NCBI GenBank assembly: GCA_003243965.1
Contig: QHBO01000043.1
Location: forward strand, 34,978-98,977
Direction of reading: 5' to 3'
Source of the DNA: Chloroflexota bacterium
GTDB taxonomy: Bacteria; Chloroflexota; Limnocylindria; QHBO01
Length of the DNA stretch: 64,000 nucleotides
Each line of letters begins with the position of its first letter. Positions within the stretch are counted from its first letter, which is position 1. The notes under the pieces are model-generated. The model was not told where the DNA came from, did not search any database, and saw only the letters and a list, made by a program, of their open reading frames with translations. Below, piece by piece: positions 1-12,872 of the stretch. A program made the position numbers and the translations under genes.

Positions 1-1243
<1,243 letters not shown>

Positions 1244-1263
1244 CGGTCAGATCGCGCCGGCGG

Positions 1264-1794
1264 TCAGTAGGTGAGCAGGGTGTGGATCTCGAACTCGCCG
1301 AGCTGCTCGCGACCATGCAGGGCGGTCAGCTCGACCATGAACGAGAGCCCGGCAATCTCCCCGCCGAGCCGGCGCACGAGCTCGATGGTGCCCATCACCG
1401 TCCCGCCCGTGGCCAGCAGGTCATCGACGATCAGCACTCGCTGCCCCGCCCGGATCGCGTCGCGATGGATCTCGAGCGTGGCGGTCCCGTACTCGAGCGA
1501 GTACTCGACCTCGATCGTCTCGGCCGGCAGTTTCCCGAGCTTGCGGACCGGGACGAAGCCGGCATCGAGCTGGTAGGCGAGCGGCGCGCTGAAGATGAAC
1601 CCGCGCGACTCCATGCCGACCACCAGGTCGATCTTGGCGCCCCGGACCTGATTCGCCATCTGGTCGATCACTGCGCGGAACGCCGCCGGCTCCTTGAGGA
1701 GCGTGGTGATGTCGTAGAACAGGATGCCCGGCTTCGGGAAGTCCGGCACCTCCCGGATCTTTGCGCGCAGGTCGTCAGCGGACTCGATGGTCAC
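1264..1794 (-). CDS. apt: Adenine phosphoribosyltransferase (176 aa)
   Basis: Motifs DFPKPGILFYDIT and the PRPP loop VLIVDDLLATGGT. Start moved to GTG 1794 (GGAG about 10 nt upstream). The 252-aa track ORF (to 2022) would overlap the acnA 3' end and adds a non-homologous Arg/Pro-rich head. Confidence 0.9.
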   Translation of the reverse strand: MTIESADDLRAKIREVPDFPKPGILFYDITTLLKEPAAFRAVIDQMANQVRGAKIDLVVGMESRGFIFSAPLAYQLDAGFVPVRKLGKLPAETIEVEYSLEYGTATLEIHRDAIRAGQRVLIVDDLLATGGTVMGTIELVRRLGGEIAGLSFMVELTALHGREQLGEFEIHTLLTY

Positions 1795-1903
1795 CTGGGG
1801 CACTCCAGCGGAAGGGTCGTGGTGCGCAGGTGAGTCTAGCCCGATGCCGCCGCCCGCGGCAATCGTCCGCGTGCGTCGCACCCGAGGACGGGCAACCGCA
1901 GGC

Positions 1904-4801
<2,898 letters not shown>

Positions 4802-4920
4802 GGATCGCGCCTCCTTCGTCACCGCGCGGATGCGCGGGCTGTACTCAAAGGTCGGCGCCGGACGGGTGCGCCCGCCGCGGGTCGAGATCGGTTCGATGAG
4901 TATACGCCGCTTCCCTTGCG

Positions 4921-5457
4921 CTACACATCCGTGCGCAGGCGGGCGTACAGCACCAGGTCGTGCCGCGCGCCGGCGCGGAACTGTGCCATCCGGTTCACGC
5001 CCTCACGCCGGAAGCCAGCCTTCTCCAGGGCGCGCTGCTCCGCCACGTTCTCGACATCGGTGGATGCCTCGACGCGGAAGGCATCGGTGGTGGCAAACAG
5101 GTGCTCGGCGATCAGCAGATGCACCTCGGTCCCGAGCCCCTTGCGCCGTGCCTCCGGGACCAGCGCGATGCCCAGCTGCCATGCGCGCGACTCGGTGCCG
5201 GGTCCGTACTGCACGGGGCGCCAGCTCACCGTGCCGATCGGTGCCGCGTCGTCGACACGTTCGATGAGGAGCGTCCCATGCAGGTGATCGACCACCCGCC
5301 CCCGCGCGACGTCATCACCGATCGAGTGGCCGGCGACGCCGAAGTCGTTGAACTCGCCGTGCGCCACCGGATCCGCCTCCCAGCGATCGACGAGCGCCAC
5401 GTCGTCGAGCGTGATGGGACGCAGCCGGACCCGCACGGGCCGATCGGCGCCGCTCAC
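4921..5457 (-). CDS. GNAT family N-acetyltransferase, RimJ/RimL-like (178 aa)
   Basis: VRLRPITLDDVALVDRWE...WQLGIALVPEARRKGLGTEV...NVAEQRALEKAGFRREG is the typical RimJ-like pattern. Start set to GTG 5457, which overlaps the mfd stop (GTGA). The track extension to 5622 lies inside mfd. Confidence 0.75.
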   Translation of the reverse strand: MSGADRPVRVRLRPITLDDVALVDRWEADPVAHGEFNDFGVAGHSIGDDVARGRVVDHLHGTLLIERVDDAAPIGTVSWRPVQYGPGTESRAWQLGIALVPEARRKGLGTEVHLLIAEHLFATTDAFRVEASTDVENVAEQRALEKAGFRREGVNRMAQFRAGARHDLVLYARLRTDV

Positions 5458-8400
5458 GCGGCTCCCTCCGCGCGGCGCAGCGCGGCGAGGCCGCGCAGGG
5501 CCACGTCGACCGGGTCGCGGCCGGGGGCGACCGGAATGCGGACCTGATTGGAACCTGCGGCCGGTCGCAACCCGGCAACCTGCAGCGCGTTGACCACCTG
5601 ACCACGGTCGAAACGTGGCCACTTGAAGGTGACGCGGCCGTCCTCGGCCCGCACCTCCGGGACGCCCGCCTCCTCCGCGGCGAGCCTGACCGCGACCGCG
5701 GTGAACAGCCCCTCGACCGGACCCGGTACCGGACCGAAACGGTCGACCAGCTCGCCGCGCAGTGCCTCGGCGTCGGCGGGCGTGCGCAGCGCCGCCATGC
5801 GCCGATAGATCTCCAGCTTGGCGCCGCTGTCGCCGATGTACGCATCCGGAAGGTACGCGGAGCCGGGCAGGTCGAGCCGGACCGGCGCCGGCTCGGGCAT
5901 CGGTCGATGGCCACGCAGGCGATCAACCGCCTCGGCCAGCAGACGCGTGTAGAGCTCGAAACCGACCGCCGCCATGTGGCCGTGCTGCTCGGCACCCAGG
6001 ATGTTGCCCGCGCCGCGGATCTCCAGGTCGGAGAGGGCGATCTGGTATCCGGCGCCGAGGTCCGAAGCGCTGAAGATGGCGTGCAGCCGCTTGCGTGCCA
6101 CGAGCGACAGCGGCGTGCCGCGGCGGTGCAGGAGGTACGCGTACGCGCGGCGATCCGACCGTCCGACCCGCCCGCGCAGCTGGTAGAGCTGGGCCAGCCC
6201 GAACGTGTCGGCGCGGCTGATGACAATCGTGTTCACGTTCGGGATGTCCAGGCCGGACTCGATGATGGTCGTGCACACCAGCACGTCGAATCGGCCGTCG
6301 GCGAAGTCGAGCATCACCCGCTCGAGCATCCCCTCGGCCATCTGCCCATGACCGATTGCCACGCGCGCTCGCGGCACGAGCCGCCGGACGCGTTCGGCGG
6401 CGCCCTCGATGGTGTCGACCCGGTTGTGGACGAAGAACGCCTGCCCGCCGCGGTCGAGCTCCCGGTTGATCGCGTCGCGCACCAATCCATCGTCGTCCTC
6501 GGCGATCCGCGTCTGGATCGGCAACCGAGCCTCGGGAGGCGTCTCGATCACCGACAGGTCGCGGATCCCGACCAGCGACAGGTGGAGCGTCCGGGGGATG
6601 GGGGTGGCCGACAGGGTCAGCACATCGACCTCGCGACGAAAGGCCTTGATCCGCTCCTTGTGGGAGACGCCGAAGCGCTGCTCTTCATCGACGACCAGCA
6701 GCCCGAGATCCGCGAACCTGATGTCGCGGCTCAGGATCCGATGGGTACCGATCACCACGTCGACGCTCCCCTCGGACAGGCTCGCGACGATCTCCTGCTG
6801 GCGCTTTCGCGGGACGAAGCGGCTCAGCATCTCGACGCGCACCGGGAACGGGGCGAGGCGTCGCTCGAACGTGAACCGATGCTGCTGAGCGAGCACGGTG
6901 GTCGGTACCAGGACCGCCACCTGCTTGCCGTCCTGGACGGCCTTGAACGCCGCCCGCAGCGCAACCTCGGTCTTCCCGTAGCCCACGTCGCCGCATACCA
7001 GCCGATCCATCGGTCGGCGGCGCAGCATGTCGGCCTTGACCTCCTCGATGGTCCGCGCCTGGTCCGGCGTCTCCGTGTAGGGAAACGCCTCCTCGAGCTC
7101 GCGCTGCCACGTGCTGTCCGGGCTGAAGGCGAACCCGGGCGCTGACTCGCGAGCCGCGTAGATCTCCAGGAGCTCGCGCGCCAGGTCGTCGACCGCCCTG
7201 CGCACCCGCCGCTTGGTACGCTCCCACTCGGTCCCGCCAAGCTTGCTGAGCGCCGGCGCCGGCCCGCCTGCATAGCGCGTGATGCGACCGATCTGATCTG
7301 CCGGGAGGAAGATCTTGTCGTCGCCGGCGAAGTCGAGCTGCAGATACTCCCGGACCGAGCCCCCGTACTCGCGCTGGGTCATCCCCACGTATCGCGCGAT
7401 CCCGTGGTCGACGTGGACCACCGCGTCCCCCGGGGACAGCTTGCCGATCAGATCGCGCGTGACGACCCGCTTGCTGGGTGTGAGCCGCCGAATCCGGACC
7501 GAGCCGAACAGCTCGTGGTCGCTGAGCACCAGCAGCCCACTCGGTTCGTGGGCGAAGCCTCCGGTCAGCGACCCGTGCACGATACCGATGCCTCCCGGGG
7601 GTGGTGCCTCGACCAGCTCGGCGACCGGCGCCACCGCGCCGCCGGCCTCTTCGAGCAGCTCGCCGATTCGGCTCGCCTGATCGGTGGTGACCACCAGGCG
7701 CCGACCGGCGCCCGCCAGCTCGATCAGCCAGGCGCCGATGCGCTCCGCGCGGCCCGGCACAACCGGGGCGTCGCGGAATCCCGCCTCCTCACCTGCCTGC
7801 TCGTCGAGCCGCTCGTCGGCGCGAACCTCGAGCGAACGGAGCGTCTCCATCGCCGCATACGGGGCCGGCCAACCGGGCGGCAGCTCGCGGCTGTCGACCA
7901 GCGCCGCCAGTCGCGTGGCGGCCTGAGCGTCGAGCTCCGTGGCGATGGCGGCCAGCTCGTCGGGATCGGTGAGGGCCAGGTGCGCTGCGGCCGGCAGGTG
8001 ATCCGTCGCCGGGCCGGCGGTGAGCAGCGCGGCCCACGTTTCGGCCGCCTCGGCCACGTCTCCCTGTTCGATCCGGGCGATGTCCTCCCGCAGCTGGTCG
8101 GAGAGCTCGCCGGACAGCGCGTCCGGCAGCTGATCGCTCAGCGCCGCGAAACCGCCGGTCGGAAGAAACTCGCTGGCCGGCAGCAGGGTGATGCGATCCA
8201 GTCGCCGCCGGCTCCCCTGGGTCATTGCGTCGAACGAGCGGATCGACTCGACCTCGTCGCCGAACAGCTCGAGCCTGATCGGGTCGTCGGTGCCCGGCGG
8301 CCAGGCATCGATGATTCCGCCGCGGTTGGCGAACTCCCCCACCCCGCTGACCTCCACGACCGGCTCGTAGCCACCGGCGACCAGCCCGCCGAGCAGCTGG

Positions 8401-8873
8401 CGCTGGCTGGCCCGCTGCCCTGCATGCAGCGCCAGCCGTCCGTGCGCCAGCTGCTCGGGAGCCAGGGTCCGCTGCACGAGCGCGGCGAGCGGCGCCACCA
8501 GGACGACGCCCGGTGCACCGGCGAGCAGGCTCAGCGCCTCGAGCCGGGCCGCCGACTCCTCGTGCTCCGGCAGACCTCGCTCGAGGGGCAGCGCTCCCCG
8601 CGCCGCGAGGACGCGCAGCTGGCCGCCGCGCAACCAGCCGCCCAGGTCGTCGGCGAGCCGATGCGCCTCGTCATCGTTGCGCACCACCACCACCAGCGGC
8701 GAATCGGGCGGCAGCAGCTCCCGCCGGGCAGCCAGGTAGGCGGGGCGTGCCGCCTCGGGGACGCGCGCGCGTCCGGGTGGCGACATCGCGGTGCGCAGCA
8801 GTGGCGTGAGCGGCGCCAGGCGACGATCGCCCGCCCCTCTCCGGCTGCGTGACCCCGACGCGACTGCGGTCAC
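5454..8873 (-). CDS. mfd: Transcription-repair coupling factor Mfd (about 1139 aa)
   Basis: CarD-like segment (GDAVVHVDHGIARY), helicase Walker A VCGDVGYGKTEVALRAAF, DEEQ box LVVDEEQRFGV, and a C-terminal TRCF domain. Start set to GTG 8873 (GAGG 10 nt upstream, 17 nt after the pth stop). The track start 8951 overlaps pth; ATG 8786 is an alternative. Confidence 0.9.
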   Translation of the reverse strand: MTAVASGSRSRRGAGDRRLAPLTPLLRTAMSPPGRARVPEAARPAYLAARRELLPPDSPLVVVVRNDDEAHRLADDLGGWLRGGQLRVLAARGALPLERGLPEHEESAARLEALSLLAGAPGVVLVAPLAALVQRTLAPEQLAHGRLALHAGQRASQRQLLGGLVAGGYEPVVEVSGVGEFANRGGIIDAWPPGTDDPIRLELFGDEVESIRSFDAMTQGSRRRLDRITLLPASEFLPTGGFAALSDQLPDALSGELSDQLREDIARIEQGDVAEAAETWAALLTAGPATDHLPAAAHLALTDPDELAAIATELDAQAATRLAALVDSRELPPGWPAPYAAMETLRSLEVRADERLDEQAGEEAGFRDAPVVPGRAERIGAWLIELAGAGRRLVVTTDQASRIGELLEEAGGAVAPVAELVEAPPPGGIGIVHGSLTGGFAHEPSGLLVLSDHELFGSVRIRRLTPSKRVVTRDLIGKLSPGDAVVHVDHGIARYVGMTQREYGGSVREYLQLDFAGDDKIFLPADQIGRITRYAGGPAPALSKLGGTEWERTKRRVRRAVDDLARELLEIYAARESAPGFAFSPDSTWQRELEEAFPYTETPDQARTIEEVKADMLRRRPMDRLVCGDVGYGKTEVALRAAFKAVQDGKQVAVLVPTTVLAQQHRFTFERRLAPFPVRVEMLSRFVPRKRQQEIVASLSEGSVDVVIGTHRILSRDIRFADLGLLVVDEEQRFGVSHKERIKAFRREVDVLTLSATPIPRTLHLSLVGIRDLSVIETPPEARLPIQTRIAEDDDGLVRDAINRELDRGGQAFFVHNRVDTIEGAAERVRRLVPRARVAIGHGQMAEGMLERVMLDFADGRFDVLVCTTIIESGLDIPNVNTIVISRADTFGLAQLYQLRGRVGRSDRRAYAYLLHRRGTPLSLVARKRLHAIFSASDLGAGYQIALSDLEIRGAGNILGAEQHGHMAAVGFELYTRLLAEAVDRLRGHRPMPEPAPVRLDLPGSAYLPDAYIGDSGAKLEIYRRMAALRTPADAEALRGELVDRFGPVPGPVEGLFTAVAVRLAAEEAGVPEVRAEDGRVTFKWPRFDRGQVVNALQVAGLRPAAGSNQVRIPVAPGRDPVDVALRGLAALRRAEGAA

Positions 8874-8889
8874 GCGTCGATTGCCTCGA

Positions 8890-9480
8890 TCACTCTGCGA
8901 CGGCTGCGAGGTCCACACCGTTGAAACGGCGCATCGCGACCTCGATCCCATCGGTTAGCCACACTTCTGCCGCTTCGGCCGCGATGGCGATCGCCTCGTC
9001 GGCCAGCGCCCGCTCGTCGGGCGAGAAGGTCGAGAGCACGTGATCCACCGTGTCACCGGCCCTTCCGATCCCGACCCGCAGTCGCGCGAACTCGTCGCCG
9101 CCCAGGGCGGAGATGATGTCGCGCAGGCCGTTGTGGCCGCCGGCCGAGCCGGATCGACGCAGTCGGATGCGCCCCAGCGACAGGTCCACGTCGTCGGCCA
9201 CCACCAGCAGGTCCGTCGCCGACGCGGCGGCGGCGTGGCGCAGGGCGGCGCGCAGTGGGCCGCCGGAGAGGTTCATGTACTTCATGGGCTTTACCAGCAG
9301 CACCCCGCCGACCGGTTCTGGGCGGACCGCCTCCAGGCGCGCGGCCCCGTCGCGTACCCGCCCGAGGCCACCCAGCCCCCACCGGTCGGCGAGCAGATCC
9401 ACGACGCGGAAGCCGACGTTGTGTCGCGTGCGCCGGTACCGCTCACCCGGGTTGCCGAGGCCGCAGATCACCCTGGTCAC
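8890..9480 (-). CDS. pth: Peptidyl-tRNA hydrolase (196 aa)
   Basis: VICGLGNPGERYRRTRHNVGF is the canonical Pth N-terminus, with HNGLRDI later. Start set to GTG 9480. The 25 extra track residues are not Pth-like. Confidence 0.88.
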   Translation of the reverse strand: MTRVICGLGNPGERYRRTRHNVGFRVVDLLADRWGLGGLGRVRDGAARLEAVRPEPVGGVLLVKPMKYMNLSGGPLRAALRHAAAASATDLLVVADDVDLSLGRIRLRRSGSAGGHNGLRDIISALGGDEFARLRVGIGRAGDTVDHVLSTFSPDERALADEAIAIAAEAAEVWLTDGIEVAMRRFNGVDLAAVAE

Positions 9481-9487
9481 GACCGCG

Positions 9488-9493
9488 ATGGTA
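9488..9493 (-). promoter_or_regulatory. Candidate -10 box (TACCAT) 7 nt upstream of the pth GTG; leaderless-type promoter
   Basis: Minus strand reads TACCAT-cgcggtc-GTG with no Shine-Dalgarno sequence. The geometry matches seven other first-in-operon genes in this window. Confidence 0.35.
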
Positions 9494-9564
9494 GCGGCCG
9501 CTCCATCGGGTGGCACAATCTCGGCGCCCACCGTGCCGTCCACCCAGCAGCGCAAGGAGACCGA

Positions 9565-10680
9565 TTGCCCGACGTGGCGATCATCGGCGGCGGCATCATC
9601 GGCTGCAGTGCCGCGGCACTGCTCGCCGAGCGCGGCGCATCGGTCGCGCTCTTCGAGCAGTCACGTCTGGGTGCGGGCGCCTCGGGGCGAAACTCGGGTG
9701 CTGTCCAGCATCCGTTCGACCCGCTCCTCGCCGGGTTGTACAGGGACACCGTCGCGCTGTACCGGACGCTCCCCGAGCTGCAGCTCCCGGAAGCACCGGT
9801 CGGCCTGTTGCTGCTCAGCCGTGACCCACGCGGCGCCTCGCTCCGCGCCGCTGAGGTTGCGACGCAGGCGCCGGATCTCGCTCCCCGCGTGCTGGACGAG
9901 GCCGAGGTGCGGGACGTCGAGCCGATCCTGGCCGCTGGCTGGTCAGCGGTGGTGCTGCGAACCGGCTATCCGATCCCGCCCCAGGCAGCGACGGAGGCCC
10001 TGGGCCGCCTGGCCACGTCGCGCGGCGCGCACCTGGTCGAGGGGCTCGCCGTCCGCCCGTGGGTCGTCGACGGCCGCGTGCGAGGCATCCTCGGCCAGGA
10101 CGGGAGTCGGCACCCTGCGGATGCGGTCCTCGTCGCCGCGGGTCCGTGGAGCGGCTCGCTGGTCGATCCGTCGGGTGGCTGGCAGCCGATCGCGCCCACC
10201 TACGGGGTGACCGTGCAGCTCGAGATGGCTGCCGGAGCGCGCCACATCCTCGAGGAGGGACTGGTGCACACCATCAACCGGCGCGTCGAAGCCCCGGAGG
10301 CGGGCGCGGAGACCGACATTGAAAGCCTGTTCAGCATGGTGAGCGTCGGCACGACCCACACCATCGGCTCGACCTTCGTCCCGCACCCGGTCGAGCCCGA
10401 GCGCCTCGCCGAACTGCTCGTCGAGCGCGCCAGCGCCCTGGTCCCGAGCCTGGCCGCCGCCCGGATCATCGGCGCGCGAGTGTGCGCGCGACCGCAGTCG
10501 GCCGACGGCCGACCGTTCCTGGGTTCGGTGCCGGGCGTCGACGGACTGTTCGTGTGCGCCGGGCACGGGCCGTGGGGCATCTCCACCGGTCCGGGATCGG
10601 CGCGCTTGGTGGTAGACATGATCCTGGGCGCGCGCTCGACGATTCCCGACGGCCTGACTGCCGGTCGCGTCGTGGCCTGA
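9565..10680 (+). CDS. FAD-dependent oxidoreductase (DAO / glycine-oxidase-like family, about 371 aa)
   Basis: Rossmann motif DVAIIGGGIIGCSAAALLAERGASVALFE followed by GASGRNSG. Start at TTG 9565 (AAGGAGA 9554-9560, 5 nt upstream) or GTG 9574. The upstream 175 codons of the track ORF are antisense to pth. Confidence 0.75.
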   Translation: MPDVAIIGGGIIGCSAAALLAERGASVALFEQSRLGAGASGRNSGAVQHPFDPLLAGLYRDTVALYRTLPELQLPEAPVGLLLLSRDPRGASLRAAEVATQAPDLAPRVLDEAEVRDVEPILAAGWSAVVLRTGYPIPPQAATEALGRLATSRGAHLVEGLAVRPWVVDGRVRGILGQDGSRHPADAVLVAAGPWSGSLVDPSGGWQPIAPTYGVTVQLEMAAGARHILEEGLVHTINRRVEAPEAGAETDIESLFSMVSVGTTHTIGSTFVPHPVEPERLAELLVERASALVPSLAAARIIGARVCARPQSADGRPFLGSVPGVDGLFVCAGHGPWGISTGPGSARLVVDMILGARSTIPDGLTAGRVVA

Positions 10681-10701
10681 CCCCGGCCCGATCATCGGTG
10701 G

Positions 10702-10718
10702 TTGTGCACTACGCACAA
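10702..10718. promoter_or_regulatory. Perfect inverted repeat TTGTGC-N5-GCACAA upstream of amt (candidate operator)
   Basis: Read directly as ttgtgc actac gcacaa. A related half-site GTGCACAA recurs at 10780-10787. The element lies about 110 nt upstream of the amt start. Confidence 0.35.
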
Positions 10719-10824
10719 TCAGTCGCCATGGGCCCAAGCGATCCGGGCGCCGCCGGCGACTCGTGCCGCTCTAGGCTGAGTGCACAACAGGCAGTCGCGG
10801 ATGGCCGAGGGAGGATCGATTGGC

Positions 10825-12048
10825 ATGAACGCCGGGGACACCGCCTGGGTCCTGATCGCCACCGCACTCGTGATGCTGATGACGCCGGGGCTGGCCTTCT
10901 TCTATGGAGGCCTGGTGCGCCGCAAGAATGTGCTCAGCACCATGATGCACAGCCTCTTCATCCTGGCGCTGGTGAGCGTCACCTGGGTCCTGTGGGGCTA
11001 CACGCTGGCATTCGGGCCCGATACCGGGCTCGGCCTGATCGGCGGTCTGCAGTGGGCCGGCCTGGAGGGCGTCACCGGCCGTCCGAGCGCGGTGTACGCG
11101 CCCACCGTTCCGCACCTGGCCTTCATGGCCTTTCAGATGATGTTCGCGGTGATCACTCCGGCGCTGATTACCGGCGCGTTCGCCGAGCGCAAGCGGTTCA
11201 AGGCGTTCGTCCTGTTCAGCGTTGGCTGGTCAACGCTGGTGTACGCCCCAATTGCCCACTGGGTCTGGTCGCCACAGGGCTGGCTCGCGAACCTCGGCGT
11301 GCTGGACTTCGCCGGCGGCACGGTGGTGCACCTCAGCAGCGGGGTCGCCGCGCTGGTGGCCGCGCTGATGATCGGCCGACGAATCGGCCTCCACGCGCCC
11401 GCAACCGAGCCGCACGACGTGACCATGACCGTGCTCGGCGCCGGCCTGCTGTGGTTCGGCTGGTTCGGCTTCAATGCGGGCAGCGCGCTGTCGGCGAACG
11501 GCGTGGCGGCGCTCGCGCTGGTCACCACCAATACCGCGGCCGCCATGGCAGCGCTGACCTGGGTCACGCTCTCCTGGCTGCACCGGGGCACGCCGTCGGT
11601 GCTGGGCGCCGCGGTCGGAGCAGTGGCCGGACTGGTGGCCATCACGCCGGCCGCCGGCTACGTCTCGCCGGCCGCGGCAATCCTCATCGGGTTTGGCGCT
11701 GCCGGCATCTGCTACGCCGCCTGTCAGCTCCGGCTTCGCTCACGCGTGGACGATGCGCTCGACGTGTTCAGCGTCCATGGCGTCGGCGGCGCCTTTGGAG
11801 CGCTGGTGACCGGCCTCTTTGCGAGCGTCGCGATCAACAGCGCCGGGCGCGACGGGCTGATCGCCGGCGACCCGTCGCAGCTTCTCCGGCAGGCGGCCGC
11901 GGTGGCGGCCGTCGGCCTCTACTCCGCGCTGGCCACCGCCGTGATCCTCGTGGTCGTGAACCGCATCGTGCGGGTACGCGTCGCGTCGGAGGCCGAGGAG
12001 ACGGGGCTCGACCTGGCGCAGCACGGCGAGATCGCCTACCAGCTCTAG
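10825..12048 (+). CDS. amt: Ammonium transporter (Amt family, about 407 aa)
   Basis: MNAGDTAWVLIATALVMLMTPGLAFFYGGLVRRKN and DFAGGTVVHLSSG are Amt signatures. Start set to ATG 10825 (GGAGG 10810-10814). Track start 10780 is possible. Confidence 0.9.
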   Translation: MNAGDTAWVLIATALVMLMTPGLAFFYGGLVRRKNVLSTMMHSLFILALVSVTWVLWGYTLAFGPDTGLGLIGGLQWAGLEGVTGRPSAVYAPTVPHLAFMAFQMMFAVITPALITGAFAERKRFKAFVLFSVGWSTLVYAPIAHWVWSPQGWLANLGVLDFAGGTVVHLSSGVAALVAALMIGRRIGLHAPATEPHDVTMTVLGAGLLWFGWFGFNAGSALSANGVAALALVTTNTAAAMAALTWVTLSWLHRGTPSVLGAAVGAVAGLVAITPAAGYVSPAAAILIGFGAAGICYAACQLRLRSRVDDALDVFSVHGVGGAFGALVTGLFASVAINSAGRDGLIAGDPSQLLRQAAAVAAVGLYSALATAVILVVVNRIVRVRVASEAEETGLDLAQHGEIAYQL

Positions 12049-12069
12049 CACCGGGAGGTACGCAGACCG

Positions 12070-12216
12070 ATGGTCATCGTCGCGCTTGTCAGCTTCGCGA
12101 TTCTGTTCGCCGGGTGGCTGGTCGCGCCCTCGCCAGAGCCGCACCCGAGGCCGACCGAAGTCGCGCCGGAAGCACCGTTCGCCGCGGAGGTGGAGGCCGC
12201 CCCGCAGGCCGCCTGA
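12070..12216 (+). CDS. Small single-pass membrane protein (48 aa), hypothetical
   Basis: Below the track cutoff. ATG 12070 is preceded by GGGAGG (12053-12058), 21 nt after the amt stop. My translation is MVIVALVSFAILFAGWLVAPSPEPHPRPTEVAPEAPFAAEVEAAPQAA: one hydrophobic helix plus a Pro/Ala tail. Confidence 0.45.
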   Translation: MVIVALVSFAILFAGWLVAPSPEPHPRPTEVAPEAPFAAEVEAAPQAA

Positions 12217-12236
12217 CCTCCCGGACCCCAGAAGCC

Positions 12237-12821
12237 CTAGCTGCCCGAGGTGACCGCGTGCCCCGAGCGGTCGAACAGCGAGCCCGGGCGCCACGCGACC
12301 TCGCGGTGCGTTCGATGCAGGTGGCCGAGGACGCGATGCTCGGCGGCACGCATCGCCTCCTCCTCGTCGATATCGGCATGGTCATGGCCGACGAGGTGAA
12401 GCGTGCCGTGAATGGCGAGCAGCACCAGCTCCTCGACAACGCTCCAATCGCCCTCCGCCGCCTGCCGTACCGCCTGGTCGACATCGATCACCACATCCCC
12501 GAGCACCAGCGGCCCGGGCGGTTGGACGCCGTCGTCCTCGAGGAGCGAGCGGCCCCGCTCCACCGACCACTCGTGGAGCGGGAAGGAGAGGACATCGGTC
12601 GGAGCCCGCTCGCCCATGTGGTCGAAGTTGAGGCGCTGCATCTCCGCGTCAGCGCACAGCGTCAGCTCCACTTCGGCATCGCGCTCGGCCACCGCCGCGT
12701 GCGCCGCCTCGCAGATCGCCGACTGCAGAAGCCCGAGCGCCTGCTCAGGCGTCAGCGGCTCGACCGCGCCGGCCAGCCGGTCGCGGCCAATCCGATCGTG
12801 GATCGCCACCGCGCATCGCAT
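12237..12821 (-). CDS. ybeY: rRNA maturation endoribonuclease YbeY
   Basis: Zinc motif HGTLHLVGHDH and TDVLSFPL. It has a C-terminal tail about 25 aa longer than usual. Confidence 0.88.
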   Translation of the reverse strand: MRCAVAIHDRIGRDRLAGAVEPLTPEQALGLLQSAICEAAHAAVAERDAEVELTLCADAEMQRLNFDHMGERAPTDVLSFPLHEWSVERGRSLLEDDGVQPPGPLVLGDVVIDVDQAVRQAAEGDWSVVEELVLLAIHGTLHLVGHDHADIDEEEAMRAAEHRVLGHLHRTHREVAWRPGSLFDRSGHAVTSGS

Positions 12822-12872
12822 GCGCCCTCATCCTAGGCGCTCGGATCGGCCCCGCTCAAGGGTCAAAATGGG

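Noticed and set aside
4899-4927. Possible acnA promoter (TATACT -10 box at 4904..4899)
   Set aside because: The -10 box is good, but the best -35 candidate (TGTGTA) is poor and overlaps the GNAT stop. I did not list it as a feature because support is too weak without TSS data.
10482-12836. 784-aa plus-strand track ORF
   Set aside because: It runs out of frame across the FAD oxidoreductase 3' end, the whole amt gene and, in antisense, ybeY. Amt and YbeY motifs are unambiguous in their own frames.
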